Assembly: GCA_013239625.1 (NCBI GenBank)
Contig: MU053379.1
Span: 3,987,229 to 4,051,228, forward strand
Origin: Lama guanicoe
Lineage: Eukaryota
Direction of reading: 5' to 3'
DNA: 64,000 nt
Below, piece by piece: positions 45,885 through 59,479 of the stretch. The number at the start of each line of letters is the position of its first letter. Position 1 is the stretch's first letter. The translations under genes and the position numbers were made by a program. The notes under the pieces were generated by a model. The model had not been told where the DNA came from, ran no database searches, and worked only from the letters and a program-made list of their open reading frames with translations.

Positions 45885-45950
45885 GGAATGAATGAGTGAG
45901 GGAGGGAATGAGCAAGTGAGGGAATGAGTGAGTGAGCGAGTGAGTGAGTG
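45885..45950. repeat. (GAAT/GAGT)n low-complexity tract, probably an L2 3' tail
   Basis: gaatgaatgagtgag...gagtgagtgagcgagtgagtgagtg, preceded by L2-like gtgcctggggcacagagggtgct. Confidence 0.7.
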
Positions 45951-46399
45951 GAGCGGGGGAGGGAAGGTGGGAGTGGAACCCACTCGCCATTGTCCCTCCT
46001 ACCTGCGGGCATGCCCACGGTACATCCACTTTCTGAAATTGGTTATCTTAGAACTTCCAAGTCCATGCACTTGCCCCAGAAGACACTGGGCACCTGGAGG
46101 GACCACTGTTGCACTGTGAGGGCGTCTGGTCTCTTAGTCTCAAAGAGCCTTCCAACCATCTCATTTCCTGAGCCTGCAGGCACTTAGATGGGGCATCGAG
46201 CCCGGCCTTCTGTTCCACCAGTCTGTGTAAACCAGAATCAGACCTCTTCTGTCTAGCACAGAGGGGCTGCCTAAGGTTCTGGGTGGGGCTGGATCCCCTC
46301 ACACAGCAAGCTCGGTCTCTTCCTACAATGTCAGACTCAGTGTGAACGTAGCCCGTCCGCTCTGCTGGTCATCCAGGTACACAATGCGACCCCCTTGTG

Positions 46400-46560
46400 T
46401 TCAGAGCCCCCAGCGGTCCACGCGCTTCGTCCTCGCAGCCGATCGGTGGGGTCCTGTAACCTCCCTTTTCAAGATGAAGAAGCAGGCTCAGAGAAGTTAC
46501 GCAGCTTTCCCGAGAACGTGTGGTTAGCAAGTCGGCTGGAAGACAGGTGCGCCTGGCGTC
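46400..46560 (-). mobile_element. MIR SINE fragment
   Basis: cccttttcaagatgaagaagcaggctcagagaagttacgcagctttccc resembles the reverse MIR core. Confidence 0.5.
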
Positions 46561-48887
46561 AGAGCCCTCTGTCCTCTGTGTGGGCTCTGGGCCCAAGGCC
46601 AGCTCCCAGGGGACTCTGGAGGATGCTCGGGAAATGACTGATCTGCGGTAAATCCCTTTGGACTTTCTCGCAGGCCCTGTTTTCAGAAGGATGGGCCGCG
46701 TCCAAGCACCCTAAGCCCAGAAGTCCGCCTTTCGGGAGCCTGCCTGTGGGCCTGTGCTGGAAACCACGGCACAGGTCCAAGGAGAACCTCCTCCCCTTTT
46801 CACTTTTCCAATGAGATGCAGGGCCTGCATTTTTCACACTGAGCATGGCCAAGGGGCCCCGAGTCACATCTGGGTTTCCACACAGCCTCCCCTCCATGTG
46901 CACAAATAAAATAAGGGATCGCCAAGGAGACAGCTGTATACACAGTCACCTTCGTGGCCAGACAGATATTTATTTGCTGTTGTATAAATGAGGGAAATTT
47001 GCACTCGGCCCTGAATACTTGGCCACCCCAGTCCATCCTTCGTGCTCCCCAGAGATTCCTTCTCTGAGAACGGCCACAGTCCGTGACTCTTGATTCTGCT
47101 TTCCTGGACGGCCCGGCCCCGTCCCCGGCCCAGGAGGATCTGTTTTGCACCTGTCCTGGGGCCTCGTAAGGTGCTCCGGCTGTCAGAGAAATCCCGGGCG
47201 CCGAGGCCAACGCAAGTCTTCCGTGACAGGGAGGAAGTGCTTTAAAAGGCGGGTGATCTATCCTGTCACACTTGGTTTTACGGGACAGCCCCTGAAAACA
47301 GACCCTGGGTAGTGGGGCTCGCTCGAAGAGGTCAGCCCATCTCCCTGGGCTGAGGGTGGAAAAGATGTAAAAACACAGCAAGGATGTCAACCAGGAACGT
47401 CAAAGTCTGCCCCGCGGCTTGACCGCACACAGGACGAAACGCCGGCGGAGAAGTGTCGGGCTCCTGCCCGCCAGCCATGGACGCTTGGTCCGCGGGCTGT
47501 CGGGGCCACGGCAGGCAGGGTAGCCTCAGTGGGGTCTTGCCGCGAGACACTGAGAGCTGGAATTGCTCCCGACCTTCTGGGCAGTTACTTGTCTTGCCTA
47601 GTTTATATTTTAAAAGTGAAATATTTTAATCCAGTCCCCCTTAACTGCAGAATTTCTAGAACTGGTACAAGCGATGGCATTTTACGAAACGCCTCGTTAA
47701 ATTGGCTTCCCGTGCTGGGCACCGGCATCCACGTGCCATGTTGTCAGTAGCCCCAGGAGCCACGGAGGGGCTGGGTGCGCTGGCGGACGAGCTGGTGGAC
47801 ACACTTTTGAGCCCGAGAAGCAAAGTAAGAGAGAAACACGGAGAGACCACGTGGCACCAGGACTCGGGTCTCAGTCTCCGCCCTCCTGGGGACACTGGTC
47901 CCGGTGGCTGCCTGCCTTGTGTCATGGAGACGCTCTGAGGCTGTCAGCGGGCGACATGACCTCTGGGGTTGACGACACCATTTCCACTGCTCTGCCTGGG
48001 GATTAAGCTCTTCTTTCTCAGGCTCGTCTGTGGTGCAGGCCGCACTTTCGAAAGACCGTTTCTTCTCACGGACCCTGTTGTACAAGCACATGCCACGCGC
48101 CCCTTCCTAACTTGCCAGCCTCCTCCTCGCAAAGCCCCCAGGATCGTCAGCCACCTTTGAGCCTAATTCCCGCACCCACAGCTCCTCTCTCACCGCCTGT
48201 GTTGTTTGACTTTAGACCCCCCGTTTCTGCCCACACCGCCATCCTGACTCTGAGCCGAGCCTTGGCCCACACAGGGCTGGAGTTCCCCACGCTCTAAGGT
48301 GTCTGCCCAGAGGACCGCCCGCAGGCAGCCTGGGTGGCGGGACGGGGGGTGAGGGCTTTACGTGCGACCACCGGGGTAAGCAGTGATGATTCAACAGATG
48401 ACACATGGGAATGGATCCCCCACATCCTGCTCAATTTTTGAAGGTCCCCTGAGCCATGACAGCAGCACGTGGACCGCACAGTGGGGGCCATGGAAGCAGA
48501 GGTCCTTCCCCACGGTCAGCCCATGGATTCTAAAGTAAGGACACCTGTGTTTCAGGTAGATTTACCTGGAATAATACAGCTAATGCATTGGGAAGGGCAG
48601 GGACTGGCACCCAGGGCCTCGCCGGGGAGGGTGCACACCGTGAGCCTTGTCTGCGGCGGTGCAGGCAGACCTGGGCGGTGGACGTCGAGAGGCAGCGGTG
48701 GCTGTCGGCTGGCAGGTCTCCTCTTCACCACCCAGATAAAGACAAAGGCCCGCCAGTAGCGTGGGGGTCTCATCTCATTCCTCCTAGTCCAGGTTTTCTC
48801 GAGAGTTTCACTGCACAGAAACGTGTCCCTAACACACAGCATGCAGTGTCAGGTTCACTGAGCTTTAGAGAAGTGAAGCCCCACTGT

Positions 48888-49139
48888 GTGTGCTGCGCAG
48901 CAGGACCGTGCTGCTCATCTGTTTTGTCTGCATAGGGTTTGTCTGCAAATCCCAGCCTCCTAATGCATGCCTCCCCCTTCTCGCTTTGGTAAGGGTAAGG
49001 TTTTTTTTTTTCTGTGAGTCTGTTTCTCTTTGTAGATGAGTTCATTAGTGTCTTCTTTTTTCTCTTCTTTTTTTGATTCCACACATGAGTGATGTCATGT
49101 GGTATTTTTCTTTCTCCTCCTGGCTGACTGCACTTAGAA
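48888..49139 (-). mobile_element. L1 3' fragment (ORF2 end and part of 3' UTR)
   Basis: gattccacacatgagtgatgtcatgtggtatttttctttctc...cacttagaa is the reverse of the sequence in the L1 at ~44055-44120. Confidence 0.9.
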
Positions 49140-49218
49140 GGCCTAATCTGGGGGACACTGGTGTCTCTGAGCAGCACGAGCGGCTGGCCAGGGCAGGACC
49201 TTCGCCGTGCCCCAAACA

Positions 49219-49234
49219 CTGCCCTCTAGTGTCC
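49219..49234 (-). promoter_or_regulatory. Candidate CTCF site
   Basis: Reverse ggacactagagggcag matches CCACTAGAGGGCAG with one mismatch. Confidence 0.35.
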
Positions 49235-51259
49235 GAACAGCGGACGCCGCCGAAGCCCTCGGCGCTGGACCGGCCATCTGTGATCTGCGCAGAAGTTCCT
49301 GGCCCCGTGGTCTCGGCAGGGAGGTGAATCCGAGCAGCTGCAGTGCTTCTGGTCCCTCCCCTACACCACTCAGGGCGCAGTCTCATGCCACCGAAATTTC
49401 GGGAACCACTTGTTTACCTAAGTGACCCATGAGGCATCGTTAGCAGAAATCGGGAATCTGAGTGACCCTCTGCAAACACACGGTCGTTTGGTCCCCCGCC
49501 CCCCGCTCTGGAGATGAACTCTGCGCAGGAGGCTCCTGGTACTTCTAGACGTTGACCAAGCACTGAGCAGCACCTAAAAGCCGACTTTTTAAGTAGTGCA
49601 GTGAAAAGTAGACTTGTATTCCATTTTTTTAAAATTTCAATCTGTTAAAAGAAAAAACAAAGAAGGCTGCAGCAGGCAAGAGAGCGTCCTGCAGCCCACG
49701 TCAGGTGTGAGAAGGGTCAGGCGGCCCTTCTGCAGGTGGGTTCATGTTTGCTTAGAGGTTCTCTCAAATTGTTATATACATATTAGTACATTCATATCAT
49801 CATATGCAGTATGTTATTTGAACTATCATGACTCAAATTATTAGAATTTAAAAGATTAAAACATATGAAAGTTTAGTGTGACTGTGAAAGGGATTTTGTA
49901 AAACCATTTTTGTTCCACCCTTCTCTCCCTTCTAAACCTTCACGCACACACACAGACACACACAGACACACACAGGAGTTCACGGTTCCACTCTTGAAAC
50001 AAGAGTGTCAGAGTTTTCCGGGTTTCTTTTCTGTGTGTGTCTTTTCCTCCAGGACACGGCGGAGGCGCCAGTCCCTCGGGAGTTACAGCTGGGCGCGCAC
50101 TGAGTGATGGAGATTATCTTTCCCCTCTTTTTAATCATGCACCTAAATACTGGTGTTTCTTAAACTGGGAGCCAGAAAACAAGGAAAAGGAAAGCATTCC
50201 TACGGAAGAGAATCCAGTGTCAGCTCGGAACGCACACAGGGAGGCATTTTCAGAAGCCAGCTACTCCTTCCCGGTTGAGACCGGAGCTGCCGTCTTGACA
50301 GCTCGCGTTTCCCGGAGCGAACCGCTTCCCCGCTGGGAGGCTTGTCGCTAAAACTGCCGGGGTCAGTGCGCCGCCTAACGGTCATCGCACACACTGCAGC
50401 CCACTGGGAAAATGCGGGGGGAAACCAAGGAAATTGCCTTTAGCAGCTGTGCTCTGACTTGAGTCAGGCAAGGCTCTTAGGATCCTAAAATTTGCTATTT
50501 ATCCTAAACACCCGTTCACTTTTTATGGAAAAAGTATTATCCATGGCTTTCAAGCTCTGTCCTTTACTAGACCATCTATCTAATTAGTTAAGAAGTCCCA
50601 AAAGAGCCTGCTCAAGTCTATTTCTCTTCTTTAGTTACTGGTGTGTATTTGAAAGGTCTGTCGCAGGGGCAGAAGGACGGCGCCCAACAGCACCCCCGAC
50701 CCTCAAAGCAAACTAGGCCTCCCGGAGGCAGAAGCAGCCCCAGTGCGGGGGCTGCCCAGGGGGCCTCACTCTCACGGAGGACACCTTCAGAGCTGACAGC
50801 GCCACTTCTGGGACAAGCACACACGTGCGTCCTGCAAGACGCCCTCAGTAGGATGCACGGTCACTTCTCTTACTTTCCTGCTCCCAAATGGAACACACTG
50901 GGGACATCCAAATTAAGTGACCTTCAGCAAAGTGCCTAATACTTTTCAGTGCATCAGGGCCTAGAGACGCACACAGACCCTGAGACAAGGTCCACTTCAA
51001 AGACATCTAAAGAGACATGACACGTGAGCCCAAGCGCGGCTGGGTCTGGGCTGGGGAAGCAGCCCAGAAGGACGTCATTCAGACAAGGGATGACATTTGA
51101 AATTGGACCCTGGACTGGATGCCAGCGCCGCGTCAGCGCTCAGCTCTCTTGCTTTGGCGGTAACGCCTGGCTGTGTGAGGAAGTTCGTGGTCTTGGGGGA
51201 CACACACCTCGACTGCAGCTGTCGGGGCTGCACCCGCCCAGGGCCCAGGGCATGAGCTC

Positions 51260-52050
51260 GGGGCCGGAGCCCTCCCCGCTGCGCCGGCGCCCCGAGCCCG
51301 GGCCCTGCTCCCTGCCCTCGCCCGCGCCCGCCTCGCACCCTGACGCCTTGACGTCTGTGTCAGCACGGGGGAGACGGCTCTTCTCCCGCCTGTTCTGCTG
51401 ACCACCCCCCTCCCAGGGATGCCCCGAGGATCAAAGCGGGCAGAGCCGCGCAGGCAGGGAGGCGCGCGGGGAGACGGCGCGGAACCCGGCCTGGCGAGGG
51501 CGTGCGGGCCGCGAGGGCGCGTGCGCACGCCCCCAGAACGGGAGTCGGGGCCGAGGACAGAGCCAGACCTGGTCACCCGCGCCCTGTGCGCCTGCGGCCG
51601 CCCTCGGTCCCCTGCACGCACGCGGACTTTGCAGCCACCGGCCGAGGCGTCGCAGAGGGCGCGGCGTCCCGGGGAGAGCGGGGCTCCCGCGTGCCCGGCA
51701 ATGCCCCAGAGAGGGGTCGCTGCAGGAGCGCGGCGTCTGGAACATTCGGGCGTGGGCTGGCGGCGCCTCCCGTCCACTGCCCGCGCGCGCAGCCCTCGGC
51801 CTGTGTGTGCACCGCGCGGGCCTCGGGGTCCTCCCGCGTGTGTCGTTCAGCCCCGCGCGCGAGCCCCGGGGCGGACGCGGCCCGGGCGGCGCGGCGACTC
51901 CTGGTGACTCCCGGTGACTCCTGCAGCCGTGACGCGGCCGGAGGCGCCCAGCTGCCCGCGCGGCGCCGCCCCCGGTCGTGAACGCGGCCCTCGGCGCGCG
52001 AAGCCGCGCCGCGGCCTGTGACGCGGGTCTGGGGCCGGCTGCCGGCATCG
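51260..52050. promoter_or_regulatory. Large CpG island (~800 bp)
   Basis: Extremely GC- and CpG-dense; the long ORFs here are low-complexity R/G/P/A by-products of composition. Confidence 0.7.
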
Positions 52051-52984
52051 CTGTACAGTCTGTTGTATCTGTTACATTTGTGAGCCCCACACGGTTGTGT
52101 TGAATTTAGTTCAGATAGAGAATAACGATTTTCTACAGAACATTTCTAACAGTTTATCATTTAATGAAACAAGATAGTGTACAGGGGAGAGTCGGGGGGG
52201 GCAGAAGTGAGGGGCAAGTGGGGACGTGGGAGGAGAGGGAACAAACCCAGCCCTTGCCCCACGGCCGGCACAGCGAGTGACCAGACTCAGGAGTGGCCAC
52301 TGGTCGCCCCCACCTGATGGCGCTGCATCCCTGGTGGTCCTTGCTCATGTGACAGAGGACCTTCCGGAAAGTCCACGCGCACGGGGCTCTCTCCCACCTG
52401 CCGCCGCCAAGAGGAAACATCCGCCCCATCTGTCCATCACAACCACTCCCAGATCCCAGGGGGTGCCTGACCATGTTACCCTTGCTTTGCTTCCGGCCTG
52501 TCTTGGGCTCTGTTGCTTTCTCAGCCAAAGTGGAATGGGTGAGAATTCTGGCCGTGGCCCGGCCGCCCGTGCAGGAGGGCGGTGGGGGTCACAGGCCTGG
52601 CTGAGTGCAGATCTGACCCCACCTTACTTTACAGCTGGTATGATGACCGTCATCAAGATGCGCTGCCTGGAGCCCGGTCTAACCTCGGTCACCGCTTGGG
52701 TTTACTCTTGTCTGACAGCTCAGCCAGGAAGGTGTCCAGGTCTGTTCGTCCATCCTTCTGTAGCTCGAGGTCCTGGGCAGGGTGGGAGGGACCAGCCAGA
52801 CCCTTCGGGATGTGTTGGAGCCGGCAGTCCCTTTGCCGAGTGCACGGACCTCTGTCACCTCTTTCAGTAGCATGTAAGTCTGCCAGCATTTGACGTGCGG
52901 CGTGTGGTGTTTGGACTTTCAAACTTAGAAGAGATATCTGACTAAAAAGGAAATAAATATAGTCCCATCAGAAATCTCATTTTT

Positions 52985-53115
52985 CCTGCTTTCATTTACC
53001 TTTGGGGGGGCCATAATTAGGTTTAGTTGTTTATTTATTTTAATGGAGGCTCTGGGACTGAACCCCAGACCTCGGGCATGCTAAGCACACTGTACCACTG
53101 GACTACACCTTCCCC
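52985..53115 (-). mobile_element. Vic-1-like camelid tRNA-derived SINE with TSD
   Basis: Reverse reads ggggaaggtgtagtccagtggtacagtgtgcttagcatgcccgaggtctggggttcagtcccagagcctccattaaaataaataaac...aaacctaattat; TSD ctcattttt at 52976-52984 / 53116-53124. Confidence 0.85.
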
Positions 53116-53129
53116 CTCATTTTTTAGCT

Positions 53130-53235
53130 CCAATTCAGTCATCCAAGAAATACCTACACAGCGTCTACAGGGTTCCAGGGTTTGCTATGGGCACTGGGGA
53201 CACAGCAGAGAAAAGTAGGCCCCCTCCTGGCCCGG
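53130..53235 (-). mobile_element. L2 3' end fragment
   Basis: attcagtcatccaagaaatacc...ggcactggggacacagcagaga resembles the reverse L2 terminus. Confidence 0.5.
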
Positions 53236-56200
53236 CACAGACATCCCAGGGGAGGGTTATTAATACCAGAAATGAAGTTTATTGGATGAAAGGCATGGCT
53301 TCACCTGGCTCCAACGAAGGGTCAAAATACCACAAAACGTCTTGGTTTGGCTTGGGGACTTCACTGCACAACCGGTGTTTCGCAGCTGGCGTCCGGTTGC
53401 TTGATCGATGTCACGTTACTCCTGAGGCTTCGTTGCCTCCAGACCCTCACGCTGGCCGGAGCGAGGGCAGGGCTACGCTGCTTTCGGACGAAGGTCTCAC
53501 ACACGCCTGGACCGTCTCGATTCCAGTTTCTTGCAGTGAAGTAGGAGGCGCTGATTTGTCAGAGTTGGTTCCACTACTTTCTCATGTATCAGACCACGGG
53601 GAGCGCAAACCCATACTCTGCGCGTGTGGAAACCTCCTCTCAACACACGTGCCCACCACGCGCTCTATGCGCCCTCCGCTTTGTCGGCACGATGACACAC
53701 ATCCAGCTGGAGAGGCAGGTGGGGCACCCTCAGAATGCTGATGGGGAGTTGTCACCTGGTGGCTCTAAAGGAAAAGTTATTGGCAGCCACCTCAGTATGA
53801 ATTGCATTATTAGTGTCATTACTCATCAGGTCAGTTCCAGCTCAAACAAGTGTGATTATTGGTTTTAGCCATAGTTCTAGCAACATAAGTTTTCATAGTC
53901 CGGGACGTGAGAGTAACAGAGAAGACGCAGCGCAGGCCCAGACGTGGGCCAGGACAGTGCCGCTCAGAGGCCTATTTCATTATTTTGCGCTTTTCAAATC
54001 AAGTGGCAGTCCCCCTCCACCTTCACCTCTTCCTCTTTCTCCTGCCCTTTCGAGGCCATTAATCTCCTATTTTCAGATTGATTTTAAAAAGCAGCCACAG
54101 CGCCGGTGCCCACCCTCATTCCACGGCTGAAGTGATTTCAGTTTCCTCTAAAACATGAGATTCCTCCCTGGCCGCGTATTTACTATGCACAGATGCAGAA
54201 GGAGAATTACTCAAGTTTTGCAATAAAAATCAGCTTGGCTTTGCGAGCACCTGCTTTGCGCCGTTTAATAATGCCAAGCTCCCTGCTTCTGGGCGCTTCT
54301 GTTTACTCTTCTGCAAATTATTTTTGTTCTCAGTTGACAAAGATAAATGATGAGATTAATATATATTGAAGAAGTCTCTGCGAGCAGGATGCCGGCCCAG
54401 AGGATGGGTGGGTTATTTCCCTCAGGTAAGGCAACACAGCAAACTGGATTAAGAGTAATTTGCTGTGGGGCTTACTGATGATCTCCATCCATTAGTGGTA
54501 CACCATTTATGAAAATTGCTTTTTCTTAAATAAAAATTAGAATGGCTTCCATCCCCTTGTCAGGACGGAGCCAAGATGACGGCACCTTTCCTCCAGGGAA
54601 AACAAAACATCAATGACAAGGTTCAGACTTTCGATTTAACCTCAAAGCAATCTCCAAACTGTGGAAAGGGACAGTGAAAAAAAACTCTGTAGCTTTAGGA
54701 ACTTCCATCTAGAAGGTTCAGGGTTACTGTTGTCCAGTTAGAGCTGAGGACTAAGGAAAAGTTATCTGTATGGACAACGGGTAAAGTGCACTGCAATGTC
54801 TGGTGTCTGTTTCTAGAATTACACAAAGCTCCGTGATTTCAGTAGAGGTTTTGCAAAATGACTTTGGTTTCAACATTACAGAATCTTTCTGAGTTCTAAA
54901 AGCTATGTTTTCAACCAGCTGATTCAAATTCCATCTAAATATCTCTGTTATCCTGGCTTCTGCAGCGTCCAGCCCGGCCTCTTGCTCAGCTGGTCTGATG
55001 TGCAATGAGCCCATATTTGTGCTCTCGGCTGTCCTATGACAGAGCATGTCCCCCTTGTTAGAAATGCACTCGTTTATTGTTGAGCCTAAAGTAAATGTTA
55101 AGACTTTTTAACACGTGGACAGTTTCTAAATGCGTCGATAATCAAAATGAAAGAAGTCCAACATGCTCAGTGCTTATGACTAAGTTTGGAAATGGTTCCC
55201 GGTGCCTGGGCAAAATCGTTCCCCTCTATTTCCAATTTGCGCATTAGGCTGGAGGTTGACATCAGGCCAACATCTTCAAAGAGAAACAAAAAGAATGTGG
55301 GGACAGGCCCTGCGCACCAGCCTCACACCAAGCCTGGCTTCACCAGGATCAAAGGCAGCTGTCGGTTGGGTACAAGACTACATCCTGGGTGGTTGCGAAG
55401 TCATGGCTCCGCTGCAAAGAGAACCGGGGTGTGGATCCCACACATGATTCAGAGAGGAGAAAGGAAGACGTGTGTGTTCCGGGCAACTGGGTGAAGTTAG
55501 AATCACATGTTCCTGCCCCAGGTTAACCCACAGGGACTTGGGCTTCTCCTGAAACGAGAAAAGCTACCAACCAGATGCATTTTAAAAATGGAGACTCTAA
55601 AGCTGTCCCCGCCCTGACACCGGGATGGGCTAGGGTTGCCAAGTGTGACCTCAGTGGTTCCCTTGGTCGAGTGGGGACACTGGTTGGCAAGAGCACCTTG
55701 GCAGGGGTGATGGGGCCCCGCAAGCAATGCCTGGTTCCTGCCTTTCTGTGTTTGTCCAGCTCACGGACACAGAATCTCCCAGGCCACGCACGTTGGCCCT
55801 GGCGCTTGGACCTGGGTGAGCATCGGAAACACAGCTCCGTGAGAGGGACCCGCCAACACGGGGACTGGACGGAGGGATTCACCGGACGCCAAACCTCGCA
55901 AAACTGGGCTTTGCTGGTTCTGTACCTTTCATGGCGCCGAGCAAACGGCGTTTTGGTTGAGCCTCTGGAATGTCCCGCCAGGGCAACTCCCCTGGGCCCC
56001 CGGGCGTCGGTCTCGTCCCACACCGTGGTCCACAGCTGAATTTTCTAAAGCCATCCTCGGAGATTTTCTCAATGTCCAAGTGAGTCAGGAAACTTCACGT
56101 TGGCTGAAGGCTGGTGGCTGACGGACAATGTCGCTCAGGATCGGTCAGGCACGCAGTGTCCTCACACCCACTGTGTTCCCCCTGCCCAGAATTACAGAAA

Positions 56201-57350
56201 GCAGGGCCAGTTCATGCGGCATTTACACAGCATCTTGGGACGGACAGGAACAGAGGGCCAGAGTCTCGCTCAGCTCAGAGGCACCGACTGGTTCCCTCCA
56301 CTAACCTTCTGTAAGCAGTCAAACCAATTCAGAGTCTTCTACCCAAGACACGGGAAGTCTCTCAGGGTGCTTACCTGTGCAAGCAGGAGCCTGACAGGAG
56401 GAGTGAGATTCAAAGCAGAGATCAGTCCCCTCCAGGCCCCAGGGATCCCAACACTCAGTGGCCAAACGTGGTCATGGAAACGTGGGTCCCCTGGGCGCAC
56501 CCTTGTCATGACAACGCCTTACATTTTGGGGATGGACTTCAAGTGGGAGTTCCTCCAGGAGGCCTATTAATGTTGGTTGAAGGAATGAGTGATTAATCAG
56601 AGCGTCATCTACAGTTGGGGTTCAGATCAACTCAGGGACAAGACTAGGGGGATACGCAGCCAAAGGAGCCCCGAAAATTACACCCGTCAATGGCTGAGCT
56701 GCTGAGGGGCAGAGGCCGTCAGAAGGCAGGGTCTTGATTATGGGGGAGAATGACTTTAAAAACCCTTGGCCAGGGCCCCCCGAAAGGCAGGGCTCGGATG
56801 CCTCCTGGTTCAGATCATCGGCTCTGTCGTCAGCGTTTTCTGTATAAAACAGAGACGCACACCAGCGGGTGTTCTGCACGTACCCAGTGTGCGAAAAAAG
56901 GCTTTGCCCGGGATGGAGAAGCTCCCAGCAGACCCCGTCTCTCCAGGTGTGGTTTCTTGCATTGGTGTCTGTACCTACCCTCTACCCTCCTGCGCTTGGC
57001 TTAGAAAGGTGCATCCCTAAAAAGCGAAGTGCGCTGTTTTGTCTTTCTGCTGGTTTTTGCTGTTTGTCTTCCTTTCAAAGACTGTTCTAGGCCCTTGTCC
57101 CCCGACCTAAGCTCTCTCTGTTCTCAGTTTGACTTGGGGGATAAATGTTTTGGTTCAGGAATCACTCTGTGTTACCTCAAGGTGGGCACCTTGATTTTTA
57201 ACAACTGTTTGAAGATCAGCTGAGGTTCCAGGACTCAGTCTCTCCATATTACAGGAGGGGAAACCGAGGCTCGGAGCAATCCAGCCCCTTGTCTTCCTCC
57301 AGTCTCCCCATTACTGTCCCTTCCCCCTCCCCTCCCCAACACTGTCCCCT

Positions 57351-57363
57351 NNNNNNNNNNNNN
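57351..57363. other. Assembly gap (13 N)
   Basis: Run of N. Confidence 1.
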
Positions 57364-59479
57364 CACCTTGTGCCCACTTACAAAGACGTGTGGCCTGCAC
57401 CAGGCTGCCTAAGCTCCCTCAGCCTCAGTCTCTCCATCTATGAAATGGGGAGACTCCTCCCCCAAATGCTTGTCCACGCACGTTTCCCATGCCGACTGTT
57501 GGCCCATCCGGCTCTCTCTCTGCTTTTTCTCTGAATGAGGTTTTCCAAGCACGGTAGAGTCCCGGGTCCCAGCATCCCGCCCGCCTGCCTTCCGTGGATC
57601 TCAGAGTCAAGATGACCACGTCCTCAGAGTCCAAGCTCTCCTGTGGTCCTCGCGGCCTCACCGCTCAGGCCGTCTCCCCACCAGCAGCACCGGCAGCACC
57701 GAGCCCGCATGTTAACCGGAGTGGGACACGGGTGTGAGCGCACAGAGCGGAGAGGCTCTGCTCGGATGCTGCCGTTTTCTCCCCATCAGATCCCAGGAGC
57801 TTCTGCCTGCATGGCTGCACTCAGCCAGCCAATCCTCTGCCCAGTTCATCCTGCTCACCCCTTAGTGTTCCCCTGCCTCCTCCTCCGGGGAGCCCGCTGA
57901 GACTTGTGCATCTTTTGGACACACTTGGCAAAGCTGTAATGAATTCAGGACCCCAGTCCCAGCTGCTGCCACAGGGCAGAAGTAACCCATCCTCCCCGCA
58001 GTAACACACGACTCCCTGGCCTGGGGACGGGCTCACACCCGCATTCACCACGCACACCACCGCCTGTATGAAACAGGATGTTCTAAGGCTGTGAGGACAA
58101 GCTGCAAAGGGCTTTTCTCATATTTAAGGACAACACTAACAGTGACTTCTGTCCGGCTACGCCCCATCCTTGGGCACACGGGGGGCACCTGGCCCTCCTC
58201 TGTGGCTCCACGTGTGAATAGAGCCACATGGGCTGCAGACCAGGAAGAGGCTTCCACTCACCCCATTTAACATCATGATGTGTATCAGCGAACAAGCCTG
58301 CTGACAATTTAATAACAAAAATCATAATCGAATGAAGTCACAACTCTCTCGTCACCACCTCCAAAGAGGCCGCGTGGCGGGGAGAGGGCGCCGCCTGTGC
58401 GTGTGAGGAGTCAGCGCTTCTTTGGGGACCCGGGATGCTGGTCACCCCCGTGGGCCCTGCGTCAGTGCCTCCCCACCCACCCGGGCAGTAGCATCACCCG
58501 AAGAACTTCCACCAGGCGCAAGAGCCAGGTCCTGCTCCCGAGGCCCCCATTCCGCTGGTCTGCGGTGGGGCCAGGAACTCCCCAGATGATGTCAGCGTGC
58601 ACACGCCACCACCAACCCTTGCTCTGTACTCCTGGAATCCTGGTGGGAGGGGGCTAAGGGGAGAGAGGATGGAGGCCCAAAGAGGTTAAGTCACTCACCC
58701 AGAGGTCACACAGCTTAAGCAGTGCCTGAGCCAGGACGGCACCTAAGAGGCAGGATCCTCACTCACCCTGCTGCCTCCACGGGCTCCCTCTGCCCCTCAT
58801 CTCTCCCCTTTTCTGCTGGGCACGTGTCGTGTGGACACTGTCCTGTGAGCTCCCCGAGTCACATGATGGAAATCCAGCCCCACCGAGTGAAGAGCAGGGA
58901 CCTCGGCCGGGGTCGTCAGGGTCAGCGCAGAGCCGGCTCCCCCAAGGCAGGGAAGTGAGGTCTCCCCCACAGCGGGGAGGCCCCCAGACAGCAAGGGAGT
59001 CCCTCCCGGTCCCTCTGCCTCTCCAGACACAGACCTTTGATTGCACTGGGGGCTGCAAAGTTATAGAAAATCAGCTTCCACTTTGTGTCCCTTCCACCCA
59101 CCCTCGGCAGTGCCGCAGAGTGCAGCTTGGAGGAGCCACTGCCCACCTGCACTGCGCTGGCTCCCAGTGCCCACGGGACAAAGCCTGACTCTTAGCCGGA
59201 TGTCCATCTCTCTCCTCGGGCCTTAATGCCCAGTGTCCTGCACACTAATCCATTTCACAGAACTTGGGTGCTGCCAAGCCAGTCTATTAATTATTCCCAA
59301 ATTAATCATTTCCCAGCATCCCTTGCTCACGTCGTTTCTCAGGATTTGGAAACATTAACTCTCCACTAGCAGGTCTCTGTCCTTCACCTTTCAGGGACCC
59401 TTTAAAGGCCACTGTCTCCACCAGACATCCTGCTCTAGACAGTGACCCTGACCCAAATCCTTCGATTATTTGTCTGTTG

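Noticed and set aside
48383..48455. Second C/D-box-like pair (GTGATGA ... CTGA)
   Set aside because: Terminal stem of only 2 bp and no recognisable guide sequence; expected by chance
51133..52090. 159-219 aa ORFs over the CpG island
   Set aside because: Stop-codon depletion from extreme GC content; low-complexity products on both strands
52633..52720. C/D snoRNA-like layout (ATGATGA ... CTGA with an agctg/cagct stem)
   Set aside because: No convincing C'/D' boxes, no rRNA or snRNA guide complementarity that I can identify, and no host gene; an Rfam or snoscan hit would be needed
52985..53115. tRNA gene (also considered for 44912-45059)
   Set aside because: The tRNA-like head is degenerate and followed by an AT-rich tail, with a TSD at the 53-kb copy; these are SINE copies
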